A stretch of 64,000 bases of DNA from Octopus sinensis (lineage: Eukaryota), in assembly GCF_006345805.1 (NCBI RefSeq), contig NC_042999.1:168206001-168270000 (forward strand), written 5' to 3'. Positions 1 to 12,707 of the stretch are shown here, piece after piece. The position numbers and the translations under genes are program-made. Each line of letters begins with the position of its first letter. Within the stretch, counting starts at the first letter, position 1. Under the pieces are notes generated by a model that had not been told where the DNA came from, did not search any database, and worked only from the letters and a program-made list of their open reading frames with translations.

Positions 1-2260
1 TATGTGCCACCAGCACGGGACCAGGCGAGGCTGGCAACGGACACGAACGGATGGTGCTTTTTACGTGCCACCGGCACGAGGCCAGTCGGGGCGGCGCTGG
101 CAACGGTCGCGAAATGGATGGTTCTCTTACATGCCACCGGCACTGGTAACACATCTGCAATTTCCATTGATCAATTTCGATTCTGATCCTCCCTTGCCTC
201 AACAGGTCTTCACAAGTAGAGTTTTGTGTCCCAAGAAGGGAAGGTATGCATAAGTGGCTGGCTCCATCCCATGTAGAAGGCTACGGGTTATGGACTCACT
301 TGTCCTGCCGGGTCTTCTCGCGCACAGCACACTTCCAGAGGTCTCGGTCTCTAGTCATTTCCTCAGTGAGACCTAAAGTTCGAAGGTTGTGCTTCACCAC
401 CTCGTCCCAGGTTTTCCTGGGTCTGCCTCTTCCGCAGGTTCCCTCAACCGCTAGGGTGTGGCAATTTTTCACACAACTATCTTCATCCATTCTCGCCACA
501 TGACCATACCAGCGCAAACATCTCTCTTGCACACCACAACTGATGCTTCTTAGGTCCAGCTTTTCTCTCAAGGTACTTACACTCTGCAGAGTATGAGTAC
601 TGACAATACACATCCATCGGAGCATACTAGCTTCATTTCTTGCGAGCTTACGCATATCCTCAGCAGTCACGGCCCATGTTTCACTGCCATGTAGCATGGC
701 TGTTCGTACACACGCATTATACAGTCTGCCTTTTACTCTGCGCGAGAGGCCTTTTGTCACCAGCAGAGGTAAGAGCTCTCTGAACTTTGCCCAAGCTATT
801 CTTACTCTAGCAGTTACACTTTCAGCACTACCGCCCCCGCTGCTGACTTGGTCACCTAGGTAACGGAAACTATCAACTACTTCTAGTTTTTCTCCCTGGA
901 AAGTGACGGAAGTTGATCTCAGAGCATTTTCAGTGTTTATTGTTCCTGAGCATCTGCCACATACAAAAACCATCTTCCTAGTTAGCCTTCCTTTGACATT
1001 GCTGCACCTCTTATGTGTCCATAGCTTACACTTGGTGCATCTTATAGAGTTTCTACCTACACCTTTTCTACAGATCGAGCAGGGCCATCTACCTGAAGGC
1101 GTTTGTGATTTGTCTACCTTCCTACTGATTACAACTTTGGTTTTAGCTAGATTGACTCTGAGGCCCTTCGATTCTAATCCTTGTTTCCACACCTGAAACT
1201 TCTCCTCCAGTTCTGATAGCGACTCAGCAATTAGAGCAAGGTTATCAGCATAGAGGAGCTCCCAAGTGCATCCTGTCTTGAATTCCTCCGTTATTGCCTG
1301 GAGGACTATGATAAATAGGAGGGGACTGAGGACTGAACCTTGGTGGACCCCAACCTCTACCCGGAATTCTTCACTGTACTCGTTGCCAACCCTCACCTTA
1401 CTAGCAGCGTCTCTATACATGGCTCGCACAGCTCTCACTAACCATTCATCTATCCCTAGTTTCCTCATTGACCACCAGATAAGGGATCGGGGGACCCTGT
1501 CAAAGGCTTTCTCCATGTCAACGAAAGCCAGGTACAGAGGTTTATCTTTGGCTAGGTATTTCTCCTGCAGCTGTCTTACCAGAAATATAGCATCAGTGGT
1601 GCTTTTCCCTGGCATGAACCCAAACTGCATCTCATCTAAACTGACTCTGTCTCTAATTAGTTGGGCTATGACCCTCTCCGTAACCTTCATCACCTGATCC
1701 AACGGCTTGATGCCTCTGTAGTTATTTGTATCTAGGGCGTCACCTTTACCTTTGTAGCAGTTGACTATTATGCTGCTACACCAGTCATTGGGTATGACTC
1801 CTTTGTGTATTACCTGATTAACTATACGGGTGACTAGGCTATAGCCGACACTACCAGATATTTTGAGCATCTCTGCAGTGATTCCTGATGGGCCTGGGGC
1901 TTTCCCTGTCTTCATGCTTCTAATTGACTTAACTACCAAGGAACTATCAACTCAGATAGCTGGTCCCTCTGTTGGGTTGACATTCGGCAGACTCTCTTTA
2001 TCCCATTCATTTTCTTTATTCAGCAACCTTTCATAGTGGCATCTCAAAACCTCTCTCTTTGCATCCTCATTTAGCGCAAGTGAACCATCTTCCATGCGAA
2101 CACACTTCTCTCCTACCACATCACGATTCTCTCTCACACACTGTCTTGTAACACAAAACACCTCCAGTCTTTGGTCCTCACGGCGCAGAACATTGGCAAA
2201 TTTTTTCTTATCTGCTTCCCCTCTGGCTAAATAAACCTGTCTCCTAGCTTCTCTTTTGGC
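1..2260 (-). mobile_element. RTE-clade LINE, 5'-truncated, inactive
   Basis: RT motifs KAPGPSG, QFGF, FVDMEKAFDRV, GVHQGSVLSPLLF, YADN (catalytic D lost), RGRPRKTW. Stop at 1952. 3'UTR with ~55-60 bp internal repeats runs off the window. Confidence 0.93.
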
Positions 2261-2262
2261 AT

Positions 2263-2294
<32 letters not shown>

Positions 2295-2549
2295 CTTTAC
2301 ACTTTTCTCTTTTACTTGTTTTAGTCATTTGACTGCGGCCATGCTGGAGCACCGCCCTTAGTCGAGCAAATCGACTCCGGGACTTATTCTTTGTAAGCCC
2401 AGTACTTATTCCATCGGTCTATTTTGCCGAACCGCTAAGTGACGGGGACGTAAACACACCAGCAATGCTAGGGGGACAAACACAGACACACAAACACACA
2501 TATACATATATATATATTCTGGTAATATAATATATATATATGTAATGTA

Positions 2550-2598
<49 letters not shown>

Positions 2599-2610
2599 TA
2601 TATATATATA

Positions 2611-2781
2611 GGCACAGGAGTGGCTGTGTGGTAAGTAGCTTGCTTACCAACCACATGGTTCCGGGTTCAGTCCCACTGCGTGGCACCTTGGGCAAGTGTC
2701 TTCTGCTATAGCCCCGGGCCGACCAATGCCTTGTGAGTGGATTTGGTAGACGGAAACTGAAAGAAGCCTGTCGTATATATG

Positions 2782-2812
<31 letters not shown>

Positions 2813-3017
2813 ATATGTTTGTGTGTCTGTGTTTGTCCCCCTAGCATTGCTTGACAACCGATGCTGGTGTGTTTACGTCCCCTTCACTTAGCGGTCTGGC
2901 AAAAAGAAACCGATAGAATAAGTACTGGGCTTACAAAAGAATAAGTCCCAGGGTCAATTTGCTCGACTAAAGGCGATGCTCCAGTCAAATAACTGAAACT
3001 AATAAAAGAGTAAAAGA
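2611..3017 (+). mobile_element. tRNA-derived SINE, major family
   Basis: A box tggctgtgtgg, B box ggttcagtccc, internal (TA)/(TG) tract, tail (gagtaaaa)n. An inverted 3' half lies at about 2300-2500. Confidence 0.88.
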
Positions 3018-3094
3018 GATATATACATATACATTCACACACACATTTATACAAACATATATGCATGTATACATACATACATAAATATATATAC

Positions 3095-3740
3095 CTAAGA
3101 AGCATCAGTTGTGGTGTGCAAGAGAGATGTTTGCGCTGGTATGGTCATGTGGCGAGAATGGATGAAGATAGTTGTGTGAAAAAGTGCCACACCCTAGCAG
3201 TTGAGGGAACCTGTGGAAGAGGCAGACCCAGGAAAACCTGGGACAAGGTGGTGAAGCACGACCTTCGAACTTTAGGTCTCACTGAGGAAATGACTAGAGA
3301 CCGAGACTTTGGAAGTGTGCTGTGCGCGAGAAGACCCGGCAGGACAAGTGAGACCACAACCCGGGATGTGCCAGTCCACTTATGCATACCTTTCCTTCTG
3401 GGGACACAAAACTCTACTTGTGAAGACCTGCTGAGGCAACTGAAAATCGAAATCAATCAACATCAATGGAAATTGTAGCTGAGAAACCAGTGCTGGTGGC
3501 ACGTGAGAAAACCATCCAAACGTGGCCGTTGCCAGTTCTGCTCCGACTGGCCTCGTGCCGGTGGCACGTAAAAATCATCCACTACACTCACGGAGTGGTT
3601 AGCATTAGGAAGGGCATCCAGCCATAGAAACATTGCCTGATCAGACTGAGCCTGGTGCAGCCTTCTGGCTTCCCAGACCTCAGTTGAACCGTCCAACCCA
3701 TGCCAGCATGGAAAGCGGACGCTAAACGATGATGATGATG
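3095..3740 (+). mobile_element. RTE LINE 3' fragment with (GAT)n tail
   Basis: Near-identical to the C-terminus of the 296-1939 ORF (LRWYGHVARM...GRPRKTW), followed by 3'UTR ending gatgatgatg. Confidence 0.9.
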
Positions 3741-4226
3741 CATTGTATACCTTTCCTATTTTGGCTCAATGCCAGTCACACACATATACATATAAGCCTA
3801 AATATAGTGTTCTATGTATAGCTGACTTGGAGAGAACTCAATATAACCATAGAGTAACAATTTTGGAGGAGGATGGGGGTGTTATTGAAAAATTCAATAC
3901 CTCACAATGGCTAGTAATTTCATTCCGTAACAATAAATATGTGAGTGTGTGTGTGTGTATGTGGGGGATTCGTGTGATAATTTGTGAGGAAATGAAATGA
4001 TGTAATTGTGTTGTTACTGGCTTGTATCATGGTGTCTATAATAATATTCTTTCACTTGAGAGTTGAATTATGTTTTCTAGCTACAAATATTTCATAACTA
4101 TAATCATTTAAAATCATATGAAATGATCATTTAAAATAAATGTAAATCTATAAATATTTATACAAAGCTGAATAAAAAAATCTAGTGTTTCTTTCAATGT
4201 AAAACAAAAGTTAAATTAGAAATTAC

Positions 4227-4319
4227 CTGTGAATTATCACCTGCAAAATTGTTGCTAGTTGTTGCGGGGAAAGGAAGTGGAAACTTAGCAACAGAAATTC
4301 CCACTGACCAAACATCCAT
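4227..4319 (-). CDS. Candidate first coding exon of an unidentified second gene (exon 4227-4534 including 5'UTR)
   Basis: Strong acceptor ctcctctcttacag before 4534. ATG at 4319 gives MDVWSVGISVAKFPLPFPATTSNNFAGDNSQ, then donor CAG|gtaatt. Non-repetitive sequence; no homology recognised. Confidence 0.35.
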
Positions 4320-4770
4320 CCACCCACTCTCACATGCTGTCAACTTTCTGGCCTTGTGTTATTTACATATTACTAGCCATCATCATTGCCAACAATTTTG
4401 CACCAAATTACTTATATAGAGCAATCAATACGGATGTTTTTTTTTCTGTCTGACACTCTAGTTTTTGTTGACAATATGTAAAGAAAATGTGAAGGATGTA
4501 TTGATTTCTTTTGAATTAGACAAGATGCTTGATTCTGTAAGAGAGGAGTTTGCAATACTAAAATTATCTTTGTTTGTTATTGTTACTTATTTTATGATAA
4601 ATATGTGGTTTGGTGGATGGTTGATTACTTAAACCAGTTTGCATGGGACTTAAATGTAGCTGGTAAGTTAATATTGGTGTACCTATGAATAAAATAGACA
4701 AAGCAAAGGTATTTATTTGCTATTTATAATAACACTTCTGCTCTAAAACATCATCACCATCTTTTCTCTT

Positions 4771-4806
<36 letters not shown>

Positions 4807-6089
4807 GCCAACTGGAGTAATCTGGAGTATCTACAGCAAGATACTTGTTTCTGTCCTTCCATCATAGAAAATAGAGAGAAGAATCAACTTCAGTGCTAGA
4901 CTGGTTCTTTATTTATTTCTCCTGAAAGAAGAAAGGCAAAGCAGGCCTCAGCAGGAATTGAATGCACAGAGCCAGAGCAAATACTGTCAAGCATTATATT
5001 TCACATTCTAATGAACCTGCCAACTTAATTGTTCAATATATGCATCTTTTATTTAAGAGAGTAGAGTGAAATTTGAGGGAGATTTGGTTGCTATTTCTCA
5101 CAAGTTAAGCGACCATGTTTAGGCTCCTTCATTGGCTGACATATTGTCAACAAAAACTAAACCTCTCATCACCCAGCACAAAGACACCTCCCTCAATACC
5201 ACACCACCTCTCTCAGCAGAGGGGTTTTTGTTTTGCAAGTTACTTGGTGACCTCACTGGTGCTGGAGCCACATAAAAAGACACCAGTATACTCTGTAAAC
5301 TGACTCACATTAGGAAGGGCATTCAGCTATAGAAACCATGCCAAAGCAGACAGTAGAGCTTAGTTTAATCCTTGGGCCTTGCCACCTCCTGTCAAACCAT
5401 GCAACCCATGCCAACAAGAAAAATGGATGTTAAATGATGATGATGATGATGATGATTACTTCAAGCATTTTTTCACTGCCATTATGAAAAGTCATTGTAA
5501 AAACTGATTTGGGTGGGGAGCACAGGCTTGGCCACATGGAGACTCTCTGTTGGGTCGACATTTGGCAGACTCTCTTTATCCCATATATTCATCCTCATCA
5601 CTATCATCATTATTTAAAATCCACCTTTCTATACTTGGTGGGGCAGATATTCAATGGCTGGATGCCCTGTTTGTTGCCCACTTTCACCTGTTTCCAAGAA
5701 AGGTTACATTTTAAGTATTTCACAGAAGACTAAAAGCAAAAAAAATGGATCAATGAGAACAAGAGAAGACATGTGGGATAAAGAGTCACTCAAGAGGTCA
5801 CAGGATGTGTGATGAAAGAGCTTTGACAAAGAAACAATTACAATAATAATGAAGCTGAAGTAAAGACCAAACATACAGTGCATGTGTTGAAATGGCAAAA
5901 TATGACCAGTCAACAAGGGTGACATAATGACAGTTTCAGGTTTCATCTTATTGCATGTCACTTTGGGCAAGCATCTGACGACAATGATGACAACTGCCAT
6001 GCCTTGAGAACTAAGACAAAATCAGCTGAATTAATCCTTTTAATCCTAATCCTTTCAGGAGGATTGGTATTAAGAGTTCTGGTTCTGGT

Positions 6090-6460
6090 TACTCTCTTTT
6101 ACTTGTTTCAGTCATTTGACTGAAGCCATGCTGGAGCACCTCCTTTAGTCGAGCAAATCGACCCCAGGAATTATCCTTTGTAAGCCTAGTACTTATTCTC
6201 TCAGTCTCTTTTGCTGAACTGCTAAGTTACGGGGATGTAAACACACCAGCATCGATTGTCAAGCGATGTTGGGGGCACGCAGACACACAAACATATACAC
6301 ACACACACATACACACACATATATTTATATACATATATACGACAGGCTTCTTTCAGTTTCCGTCTACCAAATCCACTCACAAGGCTTTGGTTGGCCCAGG
6401 GCTATAGCAGAAGACACTTGCCCAAGATGCCACGCAGTGGGGCCGAACCTGGAACCATGT
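6090..6460 (-). mobile_element. tRNA-derived SINE, major family
   Basis: Reverse complement of the 2611 family, slightly 5'-truncated. Confidence 0.85.
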
Positions 6461-7632
6461 TGTCATACAAAATGTATTTTAAAGCAATAATATTTCAATT
6501 CAAACCTTTCATCATAATTTTATGTAAGAATTTTTTGTTAACTTATGATTCAAGCACCTGATTAATGATGATTTAATCCAAACTCCTGATTAATGATGAA
6601 AAATGTGATTTTGCTAAATAAATCCTATCAAATTCTTGATTAATTTCCGAATTAATTAATATACATTGACATTATATTTTACTTAATTATGATCACTAAA
6701 GGGTTGCAGTAAACTTGAGTATTGTTTCATCATCATCGAAAAACTGCAGAAAATGTAAAATAAATTTTGACAGTTAAAAATATACCAGTAGCTCATATTT
6801 AGTTAATAATATCATGATTTGTACTTCTAAACACTTTACCCTTGTGCTACTAGCCTGTCTGAGATCACTCTGGTTCTGTGATACAAATTTCTTGTTTTTA
6901 ACTGATTTAATCAAAACTTTCCATCAAAATCTCATGTTGATTTTTCAAACACCAGAATAATTATATAAAAATTATTTTATTAAATTCTCCAATATTTTAA
7001 AAATTAATTGAATCAAAAACAATGTATTTTAATGGAAATATAGTAATGAAAGCATTAAGGAACCATTTTAGCAGAATCATTAGAATAGTATATTTTAGTA
7101 GAAGGGTTAGGCTTCCCTAAGAGGTAGTACTCTGTAAGTAATTGAAAAAGAACAAAGAATATGTCACATTTAGTAAAATAGAAATAGGTTTAAACTTTTT
7201 TTACCTTGTCTAACACTAAGCAAAGAAAGAACAATTATATGAATGCATATTCTATTTTATCAAATCATTAATAAAGTGGTTGTTGGAATCAGTCAGTTTC
7301 AGAACCACTGCATCAGAGCATTGAACAGAATATGGTATTTGTTCCAGTTTTCTGCACTGAGTTCAATTCCTGAGGTTGATGAAGTTCCAGTCAAGTACTG
7401 GGGTTCTTGCTTTTATCCCTTTCTTTTGTTTTTATCCCTTTCTTTCACTCTTGATTAGTGGTTCTTAACTGGGGTCCATATAAGAATTTAGTGGGGTCCA
7501 AACAAGCAAAATAGTAAATTGGGATCCATAGTAGTATTTTAAGGGTCCATGAAAAAAATTTTGCTTTAGACGTATTTATTGCAAGAAACGGCCGGGTTTC
7601 TTTCTCCTCTCAGGCTTTGCATACTTCAACAT

Positions 7633-8552
7633 GTTTCCAGTCACACAAAAATTTACACACACATACACACACATATATTTCCAGTCACACAAACATATAC
7701 ACACACACACACATATATTTCCAGTCACACAAACATATACACACACACACACATATATTTCCAGTCACACAAACATATACACACACACACACATATATTT
7801 CCAGTCACACAAACATATACACACACACAACACATATATTTCCAGTCACACAAACATATACACACACACACACATATTTCCAGTCACACAACATATACAC
7901 ACACACACACATATTTCCAGTCACACAAACATATACACACACACACATATATTTCCAGTCACAAAACATATACACACACATATTTCCAGTCACACAAACA
8001 TACACACGCACACATATATTTCCAGTCCACAAACATATACACACACTATATTTCCAGTCACACAAACAACACACGCACACATATATTTCCATCACACAAC
8101 ATATACACACACACACATATATTTCCATCACACAACATATACACACACATATATTTCCAGTCACACAAACATATACACACCATATATTTCCAGTCACACA
8201 CAAACATACACACGCACACATATATTTCCAGTCACACAAACATATACACACACACACATATATTTCCAGTCACACAAACATATACACACACATATATTTC
8301 CAGTCACACAAACATATACACACACACACATATATTTCCAGTCACACAAACATATACACACACACACATATATTTCCAGTCACACAAACATACACACGCA
8401 CACATATATTTCCAGTCACACAAACATATACACACACACACATATATTTCCAGTCACACAAACATACACACGCACACATATATTTCCAGTCACACAAACA
8501 TATACACACGCACACATATATTTCCAGTCACACAAACATATACACACACACA
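7633..8552. repeat. Minisatellite, ~36-40 bp unit, more than 20 copies
   Basis: Unit tttccagtcacacaaacatatacacacacacacatata. Confidence 0.95.
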
Positions 8553-9830
8553 GAGTTCTATTGCAAACTTGCACAAGCAAACATGAAAAATGAAAAATAT
8601 GAATTTTGAAAGAAATATCTGTAAAACTAGTTTTTAAATATTGAATAGATATGGAGGTCTACCAGAATGAAATAGTAATCAAAGGACCTGGCTTTGAAAG
8701 TTCTAATCTTGTTACACTATTATACCAATTGTGTCTGAGAATTGTGTAAAGAATATTCAATATTCTACATGTGTGTAGGACACTGAATGCTCAGCTGCTT
8801 ATGTGAATATGACAGAAGAATGAATTCAAATAGTCAAACAACAGAAAATTCATCTTCAAGACTGACAGAGAATCCACCACCCAAATTCCTCATGTCTCTC
8901 ATGATTTACCATTAACATTTCAGTAATCCAAACACAAAGTCAAAAATAATTCTTAAGTTATTAGCCTCGCCTTCCCATATAATACATTAGACTAAAATAT
9001 ACATGTCAACCAATGAAAGAGCCTGAACATGGTCGCTTAACTTGTGAGAAATAGCAACCAAATCTCCCTCAAATTTCACTCTACTCTCTTAAATAAAAGA
9101 TGCATATATTGAACAATTAAGTTGGCAGGTTCATTAGAATGTGAAATATAATGCTTGGCAGTATTTGCTCTGGCTCTGTGCATTCAATTCCTGCTGAGGC
9201 CTGCTTTGCCTTTCTTCTTTCAGGAGAAATAAATAAAGAACCAGTCTATCACTGAAGTTGATTCTTCTCTCTATTTTCTATATTTCTTGTGTTTTTTTCT
9301 GGCAGAAATTAGCTGTGGACAAACCTGGAGAGGGTCATGCTCCACAAGGTTTTTAAAATGCTCTGCATACTACAATAGTACCCCTACAATTCTGTCTGAA
9401 GTTGATGATCCAAAGAAATAAGGACATTGAATAACACCGTTCAAGATGTTGAAAAAGACTATATGATCCTGATTGAAAACCCTTTTATTATCAGTCTACA
9501 CTATTAGGAATTAGGGTTAAAAAAATATGAGTTATATTGATAGTATAAAAAGTATGTCAATATGGAGGAGAATGTATGCCATGTGATGTGGATGGATGTA
9601 GACAGATTCATAAAGATGTGCCAATCACTTAGAGTGGATAGGACTCGTGGAAGTAGGAGACTCAGGAAGACACTGAGCCTTATGGAGGACCAAGATATCT
9701 GGTGCCTTGCTATACTTAAGAAGACCCAGCTTCACAGCAGAATTGTTACTGCTGCTCCCCTGATGGCCTGCAAGAGCCCTGTGCTGGTGCCATGTAAAAA
9801 GCTCCCATACTGGTGCCACATTATAGCACC

Positions 9831-9960
9831 CATGCCAGCATCATGTAGCAGCACCCATGCCAGCATCATGTAGCAGCACCCATGCCAGCATCATGTAGCA
9901 GCACCCATGCCAGCATCATGTAGCAGCACCCATGCCAGCATCATGTAGCAGCACCCATGC
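9831..9960. repeat. 25-bp tandem repeat, 5 copies
   Basis: Unit catgccagcatcatgtagcagcacc. Confidence 0.92.
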
Positions 9961-11634
9961 TGATGCCAATAAAATAAAAATAGGATGAAGAAAATCCAGA
10001 GAGCTTTTACCTCTGTTAGCAACCAAAGGTCTCTCCAAGTGAAAGGAGATGCATGTATACAGCAATACAACATGGTAATATGCTCTGCTGGATGTGCAAT
10101 GCCAGTGTTCATGTGTAACAGAGCACTAATGTGTTGCGAGGAAAGTTGAGTATAAGAGGAATTAGATGTGGCATGCAAGATAGAAGACTGTGTTGGTTTG
10201 GTCATGTGATGCATGTTGATTTAGATAGCTGTATAAAAATGTACTGATCACTCAAAATGGAAGACCCAGGACAAAGTATTGAAGGCTGATCTCAGGACAC
10301 TGAGCCTTATGAAGGAGACAACAAAGGACTGAGATATCTGGAGCCTTGCTGTATTTAAGAAGATCCATTCTCCACATCACAATTGTTAATGCTCCCCCTC
10401 CATCCACAGCTGAAGGTGTGTTTGCTTTGCATGTACCCTTGTGCCAGTCCATGCAGGAAGCATCCATGCCAGTCCTACTGTTAGCATCAGGATAAAATTG
10501 ATTTATATAGCTGTTTAGGCTTGGCATCATTCTTACAAGTCTGGGAAGTGCAAAAGTGATGAGTGCTGCCTCTTCTCTCGTAGTTTAATATAGACACCAT
10601 ATGAAGATTTTATCTTGATATATTCATCTCCAATATGTCAGTCTAATGAAAGAACTCATTCTTCTGTTAAAAACATTCATGGAGAATTTAAAGCAGCGAG
10701 CTGGCAGAATTGTTTGCACACCAAGCAAAATGTTTTGTGGCATTTCATCTGTTTTTAAGTTCTGAGTTCAAATTCCTCTGAGATCAACTTTGCCTTTCAT
10801 CCTTTCAGGGTTGATGAGAAAAGTACCAGTTAAGCACTGTTGTTGATGTAATCAACCTACTTGCCTCCCCAAAAGTGCAGGCTTTATGCCATAATTTGAA
10901 ACCAATATTCATGAAGAATTTGAATTCAACATTGTAAGCTGACAAAACTTGCTTCGTTTGCACAATGGACCAGTTTTATGCAGACTGGGAGGTCACACAC
11001 AACAAAACACAAAAGGCATAATATATATAATTCAATTATTGCAGATATAATGCAAATGTAATTATTACATTATCATTTAATGTCCTTTTTCCATACTGGC
11101 CTGGGTTGGATGGTAAGCTGGAGAGCTGCACCACGCTCCAATTGTTTATTTTGGTTTGGTTTCTATGGTTGGATGCCCTCCTCATGCCAATTACTTTACA
11201 GAATGTGCTGGAGGTTTTATATTGTACCTGCATGGGTGCTTTTTGGTGGCATCAGCATGGGTGCTGCTACATGATGCTGGCATGGGTGCTGCTACATGAT
11301 GCTGGCATGGGTGCTATAATGTGGCACCAGTATGGGAGCTTTTTACATGGCACCAGCACAGGGCTCTTGCAGGCCATCAGGGGAGCAGCAGTAACAATTC
11401 TGCTGTGAAGGCTGGGTCTTCTTAAGTATAGTAAGGCACCAGATATCTTGGTCCTTTGTCATCTCCTCCATAGGGCTCAGTGTCTTCCTGGGTCTCCTAC
11501 TTCCACGAGTCCTATCCACTCTAAGTGATTGGCACATCTTTATGAATCTGTCTACATCCATCCACATCACATGAACAAACCAGCACAGTCTTCTCTCTTG
11601 CACACAATCTATTTAAACTAATATTATATTGTAA

Positions 11635-11770
11635 TACATACATACATACATACATACATGCATGCATGCATGCATGCATGCATACATACATACATACATA
11701 CATACATACATACATACATACATGCATGCATGCATGCATGCATGCATGCATGCATGCAAACAAACAAACA
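11635..11770. repeat. Compound (CATA)n/(CATG)n microsatellite
   Basis: Read directly from the sequence. Confidence 0.92.
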
Positions 11771-12404
11771 ATATAGTACAACTCAAATTTTAAAAAATTC
11801 TTCTTGTGTAGCTTGGTAGTAAATGATCCATGACCCAGTACTGGTCCCCAGCCCGGTGGTTGAGAACCCCTGCCTTAAAGCATTATTTTCATCTGTCTAC
11901 ACCATACTTTCTGAATTTTTCATATTGGCAACACACATTGCAATAATAACATTTTTCAGGATACATTAAGTTTTGTTAGCAAGAAAATATTGTATCACAT
12001 GTCACCAGTCATGTGTTGAATGGCAGAGTTGTTAGACCTTAAATATTCTTCACAGCCAAGTGCTCTTAAAAACTGGTGAGATTTAAATTAATTTCATGAC
12101 ATAACTAGAAAGTACCAGTGACACAATTTGAAAACCCCTGCTTCACATACAAAATTCAAATGTCATTGAGGTCAATTCTACCTCAAGTTCATTCAGGAAT
12201 CACCTGTCACATACTGAGATCAATTCAACAGAGTAAACCCTACACCTGCCAGTTGTGGACTTGTAAGAAAATAATTATATAGTGTCATCCCTACATGTGA
12301 CTGTGAGATGTTCTACCCATGGTACCTATCAACAGCAAAGTGGGCTAATGTATCTATTAGTTAAGTGTAACAACTGTGTATACAGTATATTGTTGTATAT
12401 GTAG

Positions 12405-12707
12405 TGGCACGTAAAAAGCACCATCCGTTCGTGTCCGTTGCCAGCCTCGCCTGGCCCCGTGCCGGTGGCACATAAAAAGCACCGCCCGTTCGTGGCCATT
12501 TGCCAGCTCTGTCTGGCACCTGTGCGGGTGGCACGTAAAAAGCACCCACTACACTCACGGAGTGGTTGGCGTTAGGAAGGGCATCCAGCTGTAGAAACTC
12601 TGCCAGATCTGACTGGGCCTGATGAAGCCTTCTGGCTTCACAGACCCCAGTTGAACCGTCCAACCCATGCTAGCATGGAAAACGGACGCTAAACGATGAT
12701 GATGATG
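12405..12707 (+). mobile_element. RTE 3'UTR-derived short copy
   Basis: Matches 3480-3740 and ends in (GAT)n. Related copies at about 24175-24371, 33890-34045, 47395-47570, 55548-55703 (+) and 60697-60960 (-). Confidence 0.8.

Noticed and set aside
296-1939. 547-aa ORF as an active reverse transcriptase or host gene
   Set aside because: 5'-truncated RTE with no endonuclease, an upstream stop and YADD mutated to YADN.
2611-2690. tRNA genes at SINE heads
   Set aside because: A/B boxes are present but there is no complete cloverleaf, and each continues into a SINE body.
7579-8609. Three overlapping 320-335 aa ORFs; CRISPR-like periodicity
   Set aside because: Translations of a minisatellite. 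Units are tandem with no unique spacers, no cas genes are present, and the DNA is eukaryotic.
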